Positions 1-10,178 of a stretch of 39,239 nucleotides of DNA are shown here, piece by piece. The stretch spans positions 1 through 39,239 of the forward strand of contig CALGAA010000390.1 in the NCBI GenBank assembly GCA_937952445.1. The letters run 5' to 3'. Source of the DNA: an uncultured Bacteroidota bacterium (GTDB lineage Bacteria; Bacteroidota; Bacteroidia; Chitinophagales; Saprospiraceae). Within the stretch, counting starts at the first letter, position 1, and each line of letters opens with the position of its first letter. The notes beneath the pieces are model-generated. The model had not been told where the DNA came from. It searched no databases and saw only the letters and a program-made list of their open reading frames with translations. The position numbers and the translations under genes are program-made.

Positions 1-86
1 GGTTACAAAATATTGCAATTTGCAGGATGTAGTCTGGGACTGGATTATAGGCGAGACCCGGTAGGAGTAAATGTTCATTTAAGGAC

Positions 87-431
87 ATGATTCACGTTTG
101 TCCACCCGATTTTGTGATGATGCAGGATTGGTTTTATACCTCATTTTTGTTTGCCATAAAAAACAGCACCACGAATTGTTTCTCTGATCCGGTTCACGTT
201 CATTTTAAAATCGAAGCAATCGCCTCCGACCAAAATTCCATCGGTCAATGGGGGTTCTTCATTGAACAATGTTCACTCTGTGATGGAATCCTGACCGAAG
301 GAACGAACCTCGATGGCCCGGAACGAGGACCTGTAGAAAAGGGGACTTACAGATGGTGGGTCGGTAAAATCGGACACGTTAAAATTTTGGTCCTTGAAAT
401 TCAGGCACAGTTTTTGCCAATTACATATTGA
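87..431 (+). CDS. Hypothetical protein (uncertain)
   Basis: 114-aa ORF with no recognisable motif. Its ATG overlaps (ATGA, 87-90) the stop of a frame that is open from the window edge, and it ends 16 nt before the next gene, which is compatible with an operon. Confidence 0.3.
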   Translation: MIHVCPPDFVMMQDWFYTSFLFAIKNSTTNCFSDPVHVHFKIEAIASDQNSIGQWGFFIEQCSLCDGILTEGTNLDGPERGPVEKGTYRWWVGKIGHVKILVLEIQAQFLPITY

Positions 432-447
432 ATGAAAACCTAATATA

Positions 448-2046
448 ATGAAGAATCTTATACTTCTATGCCTATTGCGTCGCATGGTAGGTGCCCCCTT
501 CCATTGTTTAAAATATTTTTTAAAAAATCATCCTCATCGCTTTTTGGAGGTGGTAAATAGAGGATGGCAAAATTCTGGTGGATATACCCTTAGAACTGTA
601 GGATTCACCATTTTATCCTGTGGTGTTCCTTTTATTTTGTGGTCAGATCCATGTCCCAATGATTCAATACCTCCTTTGATTGAAAGCAGAGGAAGTACCT
701 GGGACTGCACAGTTGATGTGTTTGAAGATTCTTACACGAATTTTATCGAGGTGGCGGAAGACAGCGAATGTGGACTACGAACGGTAGAGATAGCAAAATG
801 GAATATCGTGAAAGGGAGTTGTGATGACGAATTTCTGAAACGGTATACGATTGTATGGTATGCAGAAGATTTTGCCGGGAATGTATCCAATTTTGAACAG
901 GAAATTACCATCGTTCGTCCAACATTGGAGGATGTGGAATTTCCGGCCGATACCACGGTCCAATGTCCGGAGGGTGAATTTGAGAATTTTGATCTGTATG
1001 GATACCCTACCGTAAATGGCAATAAATTGACAGATATGTGTGGATTTCGGGTAAAATCCAGGATTTTGGATACCATACCTGGCTGGGCAGTGATGGAATG
1101 TTTACCTCAGGTGACAAAAGAATGGACGGTTTATGAAAACTGTACGGGGTTGGCACGGATTGATACTCAGACTATTTCTTTGATCGATACAATCCGTCCG
1201 ATCATAGCCTGCACGGCATTGGAGGATACGGTTACCCTGGCCATTGATTCGGAGACATGTATGGCCTTGTACAGTTTCCCCGAAACGGGAGCGATTGACT
1301 TTTGTGCTTCTGACGACGAATTGGATTTCGATTACTATATCGATGGGCAATTAACTGGAAATGAGGTATTGTTGATGGCAGGCGTTTATCAGGGATCCAT
1401 TGTCGTGCGGGATCCATGTGCCAATGCAGATACCTGTAATTTTGTAATTCGGGTACTGGACCAAACACCCCCGGTAGTCTCCTGCTCTCCGGACACTATT
1501 AATTTAGTCGAATTGAGTGCGGGAATTCATATCTCTGATCTTAATATATCGGTTTCGGAATGTACCGGGGAGGCCGATCTGGTATACAGATTTACGGGAC
1601 AGGGGCTTGAAATGAACGATGCAACTCAGACTTTTACCTGCGATATGGTCAATACTACCGTTGATATTGTTGTGACTGCGACAGATACCAGCGGAAATCA
1701 AAGTGAATCTGAAATTTGCGGGATATTTGTCAGGGCTGAGGGTAGTGTGTGCAATTTGGGCAGATCCCATGCTGATAATGGAATTCGTGCCGGTGAACCC
1801 GCAGCAAGAAGGGTTTCAAAAGCGTATTTTGATGGACTTAATTTGGTGTTGGAATCTCCCGAAAAGGGCATTAAAAGCGCCAAATTGTATAATCTGGCAG
1901 GCCAGCTTATGTGGTCAAAAACATGGGATGATCTCCGTACCAGGATTCAATCCCCTTTGCCGCAGAATATCCAATCCGGCGTGTATATGATTTCTCTGGA
2001 ATATTCCGATGACCAGAATGAAAATATCAGGATACCCATATTCTGA
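448..2046 (+). CDS. Cys-rich HYR-like repeat protein with T9SS C-terminal sorting domain
   Basis: Repeats of the type DxxPP...C...W.A.D..GN (DSIPPL, DTIRPIIAC, DQTPPVVSC; FPADTTVQC). The C-terminus KLYNLAGQLMW...SGVYMISL resembles a type A CTD. Shares motifs with the next gene. Confidence 0.7.
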   Translation: MKNLILLCLLRRMVGAPFHCLKYFLKNHPHRFLEVVNRGWQNSGGYTLRTVGFTILSCGVPFILWSDPCPNDSIPPLIESRGSTWDCTVDVFEDSYTNFIEVAEDSECGLRTVEIAKWNIVKGSCDDEFLKRYTIVWYAEDFAGNVSNFEQEITIVRPTLEDVEFPADTTVQCPEGEFENFDLYGYPTVNGNKLTDMCGFRVKSRILDTIPGWAVMECLPQVTKEWTVYENCTGLARIDTQTISLIDTIRPIIACTALEDTVTLAIDSETCMALYSFPETGAIDFCASDDELDFDYYIDGQLTGNEVLLMAGVYQGSIVVRDPCANADTCNFVIRVLDQTPPVVSCSPDTINLVELSAGIHISDLNISVSECTGEADLVYRFTGQGLEMNDATQTFTCDMVNTTVDIVVTATDTSGNQSESEICGIFVRAEGSVCNLGRSHADNGIRAGEPAARRVSKAYFDGLNLVLESPEKGIKSAKLYNLAGQLMWSKTWDDLRTRIQSPLPQNIQSGVYMISLEYSDDQNENIRIPIF

Positions 2047-2544
2047 TTCTGTTAGCGGATAGGAGGGTTGTGTTCCAGGTGATAGCCACGAAAAAAAGAA
2101 TGGCCTGTAATTTTCTTTTATGAGTCTGGTTTGAGGATAACCCACAAGTCTGAGTCCAGGCCAATAATGGATCATTTTTACCTGATAATCTGACCCATAC
2201 ATATCTTTTGAACCTAATATTGCGGGTTACTTTAGGAAGCAAATAGAAATATTTTGCCGGAAAAGTGTTAAATAGTACACATTATAAATATTTTTAATGT
2301 ATTATTGCATTAGAAACAAGAATATACTAATTATGAAAAAATTGCATATGAATTGATTCTGGACAATCTCCTTGATTGAACCAATGAAAATGTAACCGAA
2401 GCTTGTGCCGAAAACTACGAATATTTCACCTGCATAAGCTTCTCATTACAAATGCAGATTGAACGCTGATTGCAAGCAGTGGTTCCCTGTGCGTTGGTGA
2501 AAACGAGGGTTATTATTTTAATTTATTACAAAACAAAAGGTCTC

Positions 2545-5500
2545 ATGATGAAAACTATTACCCAAAGAATAGTGCCCTGGAGAGGTATGCACTATTTGAT
2601 CGGAATGTGCATGCTCATAGCAGGCATGGCCATTCCCCAAAAAGCCCTCTCACAGAATTGCATTGATTTGATGAAAGCGGAGTGTGAAAACACGCCGATT
2701 ATCGTTCAATTGAACAATTCCAATGAATTTGAGCTCACTCTGTTCGGAGATTTCTTTGAGAGCACCATTGAGGATTGTGATCCCAGCCAGTTTATGATCA
2801 CCATTCGTCATTCAGATACTATTGTAACGAATGAAGGCTCAGCTCCTGATTTTTTGAATACCAATGGATGTGATTATGTAGGTAAAACTCTGGTCGCCCA
2901 ATTGACAACGAACAATGGAAGTTCAATGGTCGATGTGTGCACGCGGCAAGTAATATTATTACCGCGCATTATTTGTACTGATACGGTTCTTTATTGCAAT
3001 CATCCTGTATTTGAAAGTACCTTGGATGACACGGTTTTACCCTTGCAATTTAGCTGCGATTCCTTTGATATATCCACCCTGGATATACAGATCATAGATG
3101 AATTTTGGAATGACATGATGTCGATGGATACCCTCTTCCGTATCTGGGAGGTGACATCCAATAATGGTAAAGCTAGCGTTACCTGTACAGATACAATTAC
3201 AAGAGAGGCCATCCCAGCCGAGAATATCATTTTTCCTGCCGACGACACCGTTTTTTGTAACCTGTGGGACGGGAATCCACCGTCCCCTCTATTATCCGGG
3301 TTGCCATATCTCATTGATGCCGAATCGGGAGATACCATTTATCTGGAGCCAGGCGAAATTACCCATTGTGTGACGGTCTCGTATACGGACGAGGCCTGGG
3401 GACGATTTGACTGTGAAATGGAGAAATACATCCGCGAATGGAAAATTCGAACCCAGGACGGAATGGAGACTGGTACTCAGATGATCACCGTTTTGGATAC
3501 AAATCCACCTTTGGCAGAATTTTTGTTTACTCCGATCGATTCCCTGGAAACGGTGATCGATGGCGATACGTTGAATGTACCCGTTTATCAAGTGTCTACC
3601 GGTAGCCATGGATGTGAATCGGATGGAAACATTCCGGTATTGTATGCAACGGATGATTGTGCGGGAGTAGCGAAAGTTTCCGCCTCCGTCACCGATGCCA
3701 ATAACATTACCTACAATTTGACCAACGGGGGGCCGTTTATGGGTTTCGAGGAAGGAAAATACCTGGTCACCTATAATGTGGCTGACTCGTGTTGGAATGA
3801 AGCCCAGTACTATGTATGGGTGCAGGTAAAAGATCATGTGAATCCTGTGATACTGCTGGGAGATCAGTATAACATTTCGATGTCCGGCGAAGTCACCTGG
3901 CTCGACTTGGAAGAGTTTGTTTCCCATCACGTTACTGACAACTGTGGCCTGGAATTGGTCGTGGGGCGTCGGGTAGGTGATCATGCAACCGCTTGTGGCG
4001 CTGCTGATTCTACCTCACAGGTGGGAATGTATCGCCAAAAATATCAAATGTGGCTGGAGAATGATGGATGGAATTGTACCGATCTGGTGGACGTGGATTC
4101 CGGTTGGCTGGATAAAATACCGTTCTGTTGTGCTGAAATCGGATCTGAAATCATGATCGAAATCATGGCTATTGATCAATCGTGCAACGTAAGTCGTGGA
4201 ATGACCGTCATTATTCCTATCGATAAAGGAGGAGCAACGATATTTGAAAGGTTGCCGGATGTAGCTCTGGCCTGTGAAGCCTGGACGGAGCATTATCAGG
4301 ATTTGATATTTACAGACACCTCCGGTAATCAACCCAATCTGGATTCCCTGGACAAGTACTTTGGCACCTATTTACCATACGTTCCCGGTTCCACTCCTGA
4401 ATCTGCCCCGATCAATGTGGAGGATATCTCCTGTGACATCATCGATGGGGTAATGGTTAAAGCCCAATCCATTTTCCAGACCCATAACGGATTATATCGG
4501 GCGACTTGCGCAGGTGAACTGACGCAGGAAGCAGATTTGGTGTATGACACCGGATGCAATACTTTCACCATCAGGCGACAATTCCTGGTCAACGGGACGG
4601 TCATCGCTGTTCAGAACATCCGCACCGAAATCAGATGTCCTTTCGAGGCTGAATCTTTTGATTACCCAGCCAATCATGACACGATGATCACCATTGCTGA
4701 CATTGGAATACTCAAAGATGCCGATTATTGGACTGGAAACCGATTCAACCTCGAAACAGAGGGTCCCGAATATGCCGGATCGGATTGTCGGGTAGTAGCT
4801 ATAGGCTATGTGGATAAATTGATGGATATGATATCCAGCAGCAATCCCAATGAAGCAGACGCTGTAATCGTCAGAACATGGTGTATGGCGGACTGGTGTA
4901 CCAGTGATATGGGGCCTGATTGGAAGTCGTCTATTGGGAACGATGGGATTCTGATGTGGACTCAAAACATCAAAATATTTGTAGATCCCGATAGCCCGGA
5001 TATAGCGCTTGAGGATATAATTAAGGCGCCCGAAGACGTGGTGGTCACTCCTCCGGGGGAGAAATCCGTATTCGAAGTGTCCGGACGCATCAGGACAGAA
5101 GATGCCCTCAATGTGAATAATGTGACGGTTGAGCTTACAACACCCGATCAGAATGATCAGTTGGTAACCAACGAAAGCGGCTCATTCAAATTACAAGTAA
5201 ATGAGGGGTCCAGGGTCAGGATAACCCCGGTCAAGAAAGGGGATATGGCCAATGGATTATCCACGCTGGATTTAATTATCATCCAACGGCATTTGTTGAG
5301 AAAGCAATTGATTACCTCTCCGTACAAATTGATCGCAGCAGACGTAAACAATGATGGAAATCTTACGCCAGCAGATATTTTGCAAATGCGGCGGATCATT
5401 TTGAATAAAATGGAAGGAATGGAAGATGCGCTGTCCTGGAAATTTGTGGATGCGAATTATACCTTTATCAACAAAAAAGCAGCTTATTCTGAAAATTATC

Positions 5501-6285
5501 CAACAGCATTGGATATAGAGCGAATCAGTAAAGATTTGAAAAGTGAGTTTGTGGCCGTTAAACTTGGGGATGTTAACCAATCGGTTAATGTGAGCCGATC
5601 GTCGAATCGATCCCAGTATCCGGTCACAGCAGTTGAAGTGGAAGACCAGTTGGTCAAACCAGGTGATGTGGTGGAAATCCCGATTCGGATGACAGAATCA
5701 ATGCGTTTGGCTGGAATCCAATTTGCGTTGAAAGTTGACGAACATTCGCTCGATATCCTGGATGTTCACGGGGAAAATGTAGCGCTGGATGATCAGCATT
5801 GGAATGTTGATCAAGGTGAAGTCAGACTGAGCTGGATCGACGTTCATACTACGGCTGTTCAACCCGGAGATGAATTGGTAACCGTAACGGTGCGTGCCAA
5901 TAGAGAAGGAATGTTGAGGGATTTGATTGCGTTCAATAACACCGGGCTGGAAGCCGAGGTATACGATGAATCAGATCAGATCCGAAGACTTGGATTGACG
6001 TTTACTCAGGTTAAGGACCCAACATTGACCTTCCAGGTTCTTCAGAACAGACCCAATCCTGTTCAACATGAAACGATTATTGATTATGTTTTACCTCAGG
6101 ATGCACAGGCCAAACTCATGGTCCATGATGTAACCGGTAAATTGGTTTACACTCAAAAAGCCGATGCTTTTAGAGGGAACAATCAATTTAGAATTCATAC
6201 CAATCAATTGCAGGCCGGAGTGTTGTATTACACCATAACCAGTGGTGAACATACGGCTACGCGAAAAATGGTTGTGATCAGATAG
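2545..6285 (+). CDS. Large T9SS-secreted protein: Cys-rich HYR-like repeats, dockerin-like, cohesin-like and type A CTD domains
   Basis: Likely start at ATG 2545/2548 (track ORF opens at 2470). Signal peptide ends ALS|Q. Dockerin-like NGLSTLDLIIIQRHLL...AADVNNDGNLTPADILQMRRIIL; cohesin-like VKPGDVVEIPIR...GIQFAL; CTD QNRPNP...VHDVTGKLV...GVLYYTI...TRKMVVIR. Confidence 0.85.
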   Translation: MMKTITQRIVPWRGMHYLIGMCMLIAGMAIPQKALSQNCIDLMKAECENTPIIVQLNNSNEFELTLFGDFFESTIEDCDPSQFMITIRHSDTIVTNEGSAPDFLNTNGCDYVGKTLVAQLTTNNGSSMVDVCTRQVILLPRIICTDTVLYCNHPVFESTLDDTVLPLQFSCDSFDISTLDIQIIDEFWNDMMSMDTLFRIWEVTSNNGKASVTCTDTITREAIPAENIIFPADDTVFCNLWDGNPPSPLLSGLPYLIDAESGDTIYLEPGEITHCVTVSYTDEAWGRFDCEMEKYIREWKIRTQDGMETGTQMITVLDTNPPLAEFLFTPIDSLETVIDGDTLNVPVYQVSTGSHGCESDGNIPVLYATDDCAGVAKVSASVTDANNITYNLTNGGPFMGFEEGKYLVTYNVADSCWNEAQYYVWVQVKDHVNPVILLGDQYNISMSGEVTWLDLEEFVSHHVTDNCGLELVVGRRVGDHATACGAADSTSQVGMYRQKYQMWLENDGWNCTDLVDVDSGWLDKIPFCCAEIGSEIMIEIMAIDQSCNVSRGMTVIIPIDKGGATIFERLPDVALACEAWTEHYQDLIFTDTSGNQPNLDSLDKYFGTYLPYVPGSTPESAPINVEDISCDIIDGVMVKAQSIFQTHNGLYRATCAGELTQEADLVYDTGCNTFTIRRQFLVNGTVIAVQNIRTEIRCPFEAESFDYPANHDTMITIADIGILKDADYWTGNRFNLETEGPEYAGSDCRVVAIGYVDKLMDMISSSNPNEADAVIVRTWCMADWCTSDMGPDWKSSIGNDGILMWTQNIKIFVDPDSPDIALEDIIKAPEDVVVTPPGEKSVFEVSGRIRTEDALNVNNVTVELTTPDQNDQLVTNESGSFKLQVNEGSRVRITPVKKGDMANGLSTLDLIIIQRHLLRKQLITSPYKLIAADVNNDGNLTPADILQMRRIILNKMEGMEDALSWKFVDANYTFINKKAAYSENYPTALDIERISKDLKSEFVAVKLGDVNQSVNVSRSSNRSQYPVTAVEVEDQLVKPGDVVEIPIRMTESMRLAGIQFALKVDEHSLDILDVHGENVALDDQHWNVDQGEVRLSWIDVHTTAVQPGDELVTVTVRANREGMLRDLIAFNNTGLEAEVYDESDQIRRLGLTFTQVKDPTLTFQVLQNRPNPVQHETIIDYVLPQDAQAKLMVHDVTGKLVYTQKADAFRGNNQFRIHTNQLQAGVLYYTITSGEHTATRKMVVIR

Positions 6286-6311
6286 AAATTAGTTAGACCT
6301 TAGTAGTTTTG

Positions 6312-6345
6312 AAGAGGCTGTATCCCCAGGGTACAGCCTTTTTTT
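6312..6345 (+). terminator. Rho-independent terminator
   Basis: AAGAGGCTGTATCC-CCA-GGGTACAGCCTTTT stem followed by a T-tract, 26 nt after the stop codon. Confidence 0.85.
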
Positions 6346-6549
6346 ATTTGAACTTTACAGGGATATAATAGTTGTAGTTTTTTTGGAGTTGAAACAACCT
6401 TAATACGCCGGGAATTCAGTTCGTGATCAAATGTTACACCGGAATCAAGCAAAATGGAATGCGGAAAAGAAATCGCAACAAGAGGTCGACGCATTCCACA
6501 CTGTGGGATAGAACCATATCGGTCGTTATTTAAATTTTGAGTAAAATGT

Positions 6550-6557
6550 TAGTTTTG
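6550..6557 (+). promoter_or_regulatory. Bacteroidota -7 promoter element (TAGTTTTG) for ruvX-def
   Basis: Exact TAnnTTTG match 4 nt before the ATG. Confidence 0.6.
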
Positions 6558-6561
6558 TACG

Positions 6562-6975
6562 ATGGGACGTACAATGGGAATAGACTACGGTAGGAAAAAA
6601 ACCGGGTTGGCCGTGACCGATCCGCTGGGATTAATCGTTAATCCTTTGGATACGGTGGAGACCAAACAGTTGTTCCCTTACCTGGAGCAGTATTTCACTG
6701 TAGAAAAAGTTGACAAGGTCGTGGTGGGAGAACCCTTTATGGATGACGGGGTTACGCCAGCCCAACATCATCGGGCGGTCATGGATTTTGTGCGTCAGCT
6801 TCGGAAAAAGTTCCCAGACCTGGAAGTGGATATGTACGATGAAACCTTTAGCAGTCGTGAAGCCCGGGAGATCGTTTACCAATCTGTCGCTTCCCGAAAA
6901 AAGAGAAGAGATAAAAAGTTGGTGGATAAAGTTGCAGCCACCCTGATATTACAGAAATACCTCAATCATATTTGA
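6562..6975 (+). CDS. ruvX: Holliday junction resolvase-like / pre-16S rRNA nuclease YqgF
   Basis: GIDYGRKKTGLAVTD, VVGEP, DETFSS and VDKVAATLILQ motifs; adjacent to def as is common in Bacteroidota. Confidence 0.95.
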   Translation: MGRTMGIDYGRKKTGLAVTDPLGLIVNPLDTVETKQLFPYLEQYFTVEKVDKVVVGEPFMDDGVTPAQHHRAVMDFVRQLRKKFPDLEVDMYDETFSSREAREIVYQSVASRKKRRDKKLVDKVAATLILQKYLNHI

Positions 6976-6980
6976 ACCTT

Positions 6981-7532
6981 ATGAAATTACCGATTTATGC
7001 ATATGGACATCCTATCCTCAAACGAGTAGCGGCCCCCGTATCAGAAAATTCAGAAGAACTACAAACCTTGATCGAAAACATGTGGGAGACCATGTATCAC
7101 GCATCGGGCGTTGGACTTGCAGCCCCTCAGGTAGGGCATTCCATACGGGTTTTTGTAGTCGATACGGAGCAGGTAAAACTCGAGGAAGGATTGGAAAAAG
7201 GCATCAAAAAAGTATTTATTAACCCGGAGAAAATAGAAGAAACCGGGACTGAATATGCATATGAGGAAGGGTGTCTGAGCATTCCGGATATTCGGGCTGA
7301 TGTGAATCGAAAGGAAAAGATCAAGCTAACGTACCTGGATGAAAATTTCGAAGAACACACTGAGATTTTTGAAGGAACCAATGCCCGGGTTATACAGCAC
7401 GAGTATGACCACCTGGAAGGGGTTTTGTTTATTGAGAAAATCAACCCACTCAAACGTAATATGCTCCGCAGAAAACTCAATAAGATCTTAAAGGGAAATG
7501 TAAAAGTGGAGTACGACATGCAGTTCAAATAA
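6981..7532 (+). CDS. def: Peptide deformylase
   Basis: GVGLAAPQVG, EGCLS and QHEYDHL motifs. ATG 6981 preferred over TTG 6972. Confidence 0.97.
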   Translation: MKLPIYAYGHPILKRVAAPVSENSEELQTLIENMWETMYHASGVGLAAPQVGHSIRVFVVDTEQVKLEEGLEKGIKKVFINPEKIEETGTEYAYEEGCLSIPDIRADVNRKEKIKLTYLDENFEEHTEIFEGTNARVIQHEYDHLEGVLFIEKINPLKRNMLRRKLNKILKGNVKVEYDMQFK

Positions 7533-7589
7533 ACCTTGTTTTGATCCCTCCACCGGAGTGACTTTACGGGCCCAGCCTTCAATCACCCA

Positions 7590-8213
7590 TTATTTACGTC
7601 CAAAGTCCGCAGGAATTTCTCCCCATTTTTTCGTGTCCCATTTGAGTATTTTGTTTCGAATTTGATGGGTCTTCACCCATTCCAGTCCCCGGTCTATCAA
7701 TTCAAAAATTTCCCGGTTTGCGGTCGTCCGTTCCAGCGTCGTATTAACCTTTTTATTTCGAACCCACGAAATCGCCGTCATTGAATCACTGTAAATCGGA
7801 ATGCTATATTCCTTCTTTTTATCCAATAGGGCCAGGGCATGAACCAATGCCAGGAATTCACCCAGATTATTGGTGCCCTGTCGGAAAGGCCCTCCATAAA
7901 AAATACGTTCCTTATTGTGGGTCCACACGCCCTGGTATTCCACCAGACCGGGATTGCCGCTACTCGCCGCATCCACGCTGATACTTCTGGCGATATATGG
8001 AGTGTCAGAACCTTGTCGGGGCGAGGTCTTTTTACCCGCAAAAGCTTCCTGAGGACCTTTTCGAAATGCGGTAGTAGCCTCTTCCAATGAGGGGTAGGAT
8101 TTGTAACGGGCCTTGGGAAAATTGGTGATTTGGGCTTGTGCGGATGGCCAGTCTTCATATATACCCGGGTTCGCACCGACCCATACCACATAATATTTTT
8201 TCTTTTTCGCCAT
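7590..8213 (-). CDS. rnhA: Ribonuclease HI with N-terminal hybrid-binding (caulimovirus viroplasmin-like) domain
   Basis: YYVVWVG..PGIY..W N-terminal domain; SVDAASSGNPG, TNNLGEF, IYSDS and KWDTKKWGEIPADFGRK (Bacillus halodurans-type). Confidence 0.93.
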   Translation of the reverse strand: MAKKKKYYVVWVGANPGIYEDWPSAQAQITNFPKARYKSYPSLEEATTAFRKGPQEAFAGKKTSPRQGSDTPYIARSISVDAASSGNPGLVEYQGVWTHNKERIFYGGPFRQGTNNLGEFLALVHALALLDKKKEYSIPIYSDSMTAISWVRNKKVNTTLERTTANREIFELIDRGLEWVKTHQIRNKILKWDTKKWGEIPADFGRK

Positions 8214-8251
8214 GAATTTTCCTAATTTACAATCCCTTCAAGTTGTTTTAA

Positions 8252-9349
8252 ATGCACGACAAAATTAAATATCTAATAGCATTATCCCAGTTAAAGGGTA
8301 TTGGATTTCGTCGTTCTCATCAGATAATACAGAAATACGGGTCTGCTCAGCACTTCATCGATGCGTGTTTACAAACACCTGAAGAAATTCCCCCCACCAT
8401 TCGCGAGAATTGTACGAGAGGTCATATTATGGATGCATTGGCCTACGCAGATGAGCAGATCACATACTGTGAAAAGCATAAGGTTCAAATTTTAACTTAC
8501 GATCATGAGTTGTATCCCTATCGCTTGAAAAGGTACGATGACAGTCCTCTTATTCTTTATTGCCGGGGGAAAATGGATCTTAATGCTATGCGGACGGTTG
8601 GAATCGTAGGAACACGTAACATGACCTCTTATGGAAAATGGATGGTCGAGAACCTGATTCAGGAACTGAAGCCATACCATGTCGTCACGATAAGTGGTTT
8701 GGCTTACGGCGTGGATACCCGGGCCCACCGGGAAAGCGTAAACCACGGTATTCCATCCATCGGAGTCATGGGAACCGGAATCGATCAAATTTACCCCAGT
8801 GCCAATCGGGATTTAGCGGTCAGGATGACCAAAAATGGAGGTGTGCTCACAGAATATGGTATAAAAACGAAAGCGGACGCGTACCATTTTCCGGCCAGGA
8901 ATAGAATAATTGCTGCGATGTCAGATGCATTGGTGGTTGTGGAATCGAAAGAAAAAGGAGGTGCGATGATTACTGCTGATCTGGCTTTTGGGTACGGCAA
9001 AGATGTGTTTGCATTTCCCGGTAAATCTACCGACACGTATTCCCGGGGCTCAAATCTGCTGATCAAAACCCAAAAAGCACAGTTGATCGAAAACGGGGAA
9101 GACATGATCCGTGCAATGTCCTGGACTAAAATCGATTCTGACCTATCGATCCAACCTACCTTATTTCAGGATCTCAGCGAAGATGAAAAGGTTATAATCA
9201 CAAAGTTTGAAAAGAACAATCCCTTTCATATTGATCAGGCCATAGCCTCCCTGCCCTTTTCGAGTGCAGAGATCGCTGCGCTGTTACTTCATTTGGAATT
9301 GAAAGGTGTCCTGAAAGTTCTTCCCGGTAGTCGATATATGATCGTATAG
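8252..9349 (+). CDS. dprA: DNA-processing protein DprA
   Basis: VGIVGTR, ISGLAYGVD, FPARNRIIA, VVES..KGGAMITA, and a C-terminal winged-helix LLHLELKG. Confidence 0.95.
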   Translation: MHDKIKYLIALSQLKGIGFRRSHQIIQKYGSAQHFIDACLQTPEEIPPTIRENCTRGHIMDALAYADEQITYCEKHKVQILTYDHELYPYRLKRYDDSPLILYCRGKMDLNAMRTVGIVGTRNMTSYGKWMVENLIQELKPYHVVTISGLAYGVDTRAHRESVNHGIPSIGVMGTGIDQIYPSANRDLAVRMTKNGGVLTEYGIKTKADAYHFPARNRIIAAMSDALVVVESKEKGGAMITADLAFGYGKDVFAFPGKSTDTYSRGSNLLIKTQKAQLIENGEDMIRAMSWTKIDSDLSIQPTLFQDLSEDEKVIITKFEKNNPFHIDQAIASLPFSSAEIAALLLHLELKGVLKVLPGSRYMIV

Positions 9350-9480
9350 GCTTTTTCCCTAAAATGTTCCACCACGATCGATTGGTAGATTTTAAATTTA
9401 GAATCACCTGAACATTTCTTAGCAAAAATTCTCCAATATGATTTACATTGTGACCCGAATACCAATCCATCACCTCTATA

Positions 9481-9488
9481 TAATTTTG
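9481..9488 (+). promoter_or_regulatory. -7 promoter element (TAATTTTG)
   Basis: TAnnTTTG 3 nt before the TTG start at 9492. Confidence 0.5.
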
Positions 9489-9491
9489 TAA

Positions 9492-10178
9492 TTGACGCAA
9501 CCTTCCATTTACCCGTTTGGGATTCGAATTGATGAACCTGTTACCACATTAACAGATCTCGTCATTGCTGCCATATGTTTTTACGCTTTTTTTGCGCTTA
9601 AAAAACATCGGATTTCCCACCACATTTACTACCTGATCCGCGGATATTTTTTGTTTATCGGGCTGTCCACTCTTTGGGGTGGATTGATTGGTCACGGATT
9701 TTTGTACTTGTTTACACCAGAATGGAAATTTCCAGGCTGGGCTTTGAGCATGGTCGGAATCAACCTGATCGAACGAGTGATGGTATCCTATTCCAGATCT
9801 TTTATAAAGCCCCAATACGCCCGTTTTTTTTCCTGGGTAAATATCATCGAACTATTGATATTTGCTTACCTCACTTTTGCCACCTTAAATTTTGCCTATG
9901 TCGAAATACATACGGCGTACGGGTTGATGATTTTTGTCCTGGGTTTTAGTTTGTACCATTATTACAAAGGAAATCACAGCACGATGATCCGTTATTTTAT
10001 TTGGGCCGTATTGGCAGTCATCGTGGCTTTTTTCTTTTTTATCACGAAATTTGGACTGGGTATCTGGTTTAACTACATGGATATCAGCCATATGTTTCTC
10101 GCCCTTTCTGCGTGGTGGTTTTACATCGGAGCCAAAGCTATGATGGAAAAAATGGAGCCCGCTATCCGTGTAGAATAA
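9492..10178 (+). CDS. Multi-pass membrane protein (DUF6962-like)
   Basis: About 7 hydrophobic segments; EPVTTLTD, GGLIGHGF and DISH motifs. The 3' end overlaps the convergent gene by 17 bp. Confidence 0.7.
   Translation: MTQPSIYPFGIRIDEPVTTLTDLVIAAICFYAFFALKKHRISHHIYYLIRGYFLFIGLSTLWGGLIGHGFLYLFTPEWKFPGWALSMVGINLIERVMVSYSRSFIKPQYARFFSWVNIIELLIFAYLTFATLNFAYVEIHTAYGLMIFVLGFSLYHYYKGNHSTMIRYFIWAVLAVIVAFFFFITKFGLGIWFNYMDISHMFLALSAWWFYIGAKAMMEKMEPAIRVE

Noticed and set aside
3292-3984. Long antisense/alternate-frame ORFs (this one, 26731-27312, 31382-31915 and others)
   Set aside because: They are shadows of well-supported genes and have no motifs.
7590-8213. Viral origin of the viroplasmin domain
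   Set aside because: HBD-containing RNase HI is a normal bacterial variant, and there are no phage genes nearby.
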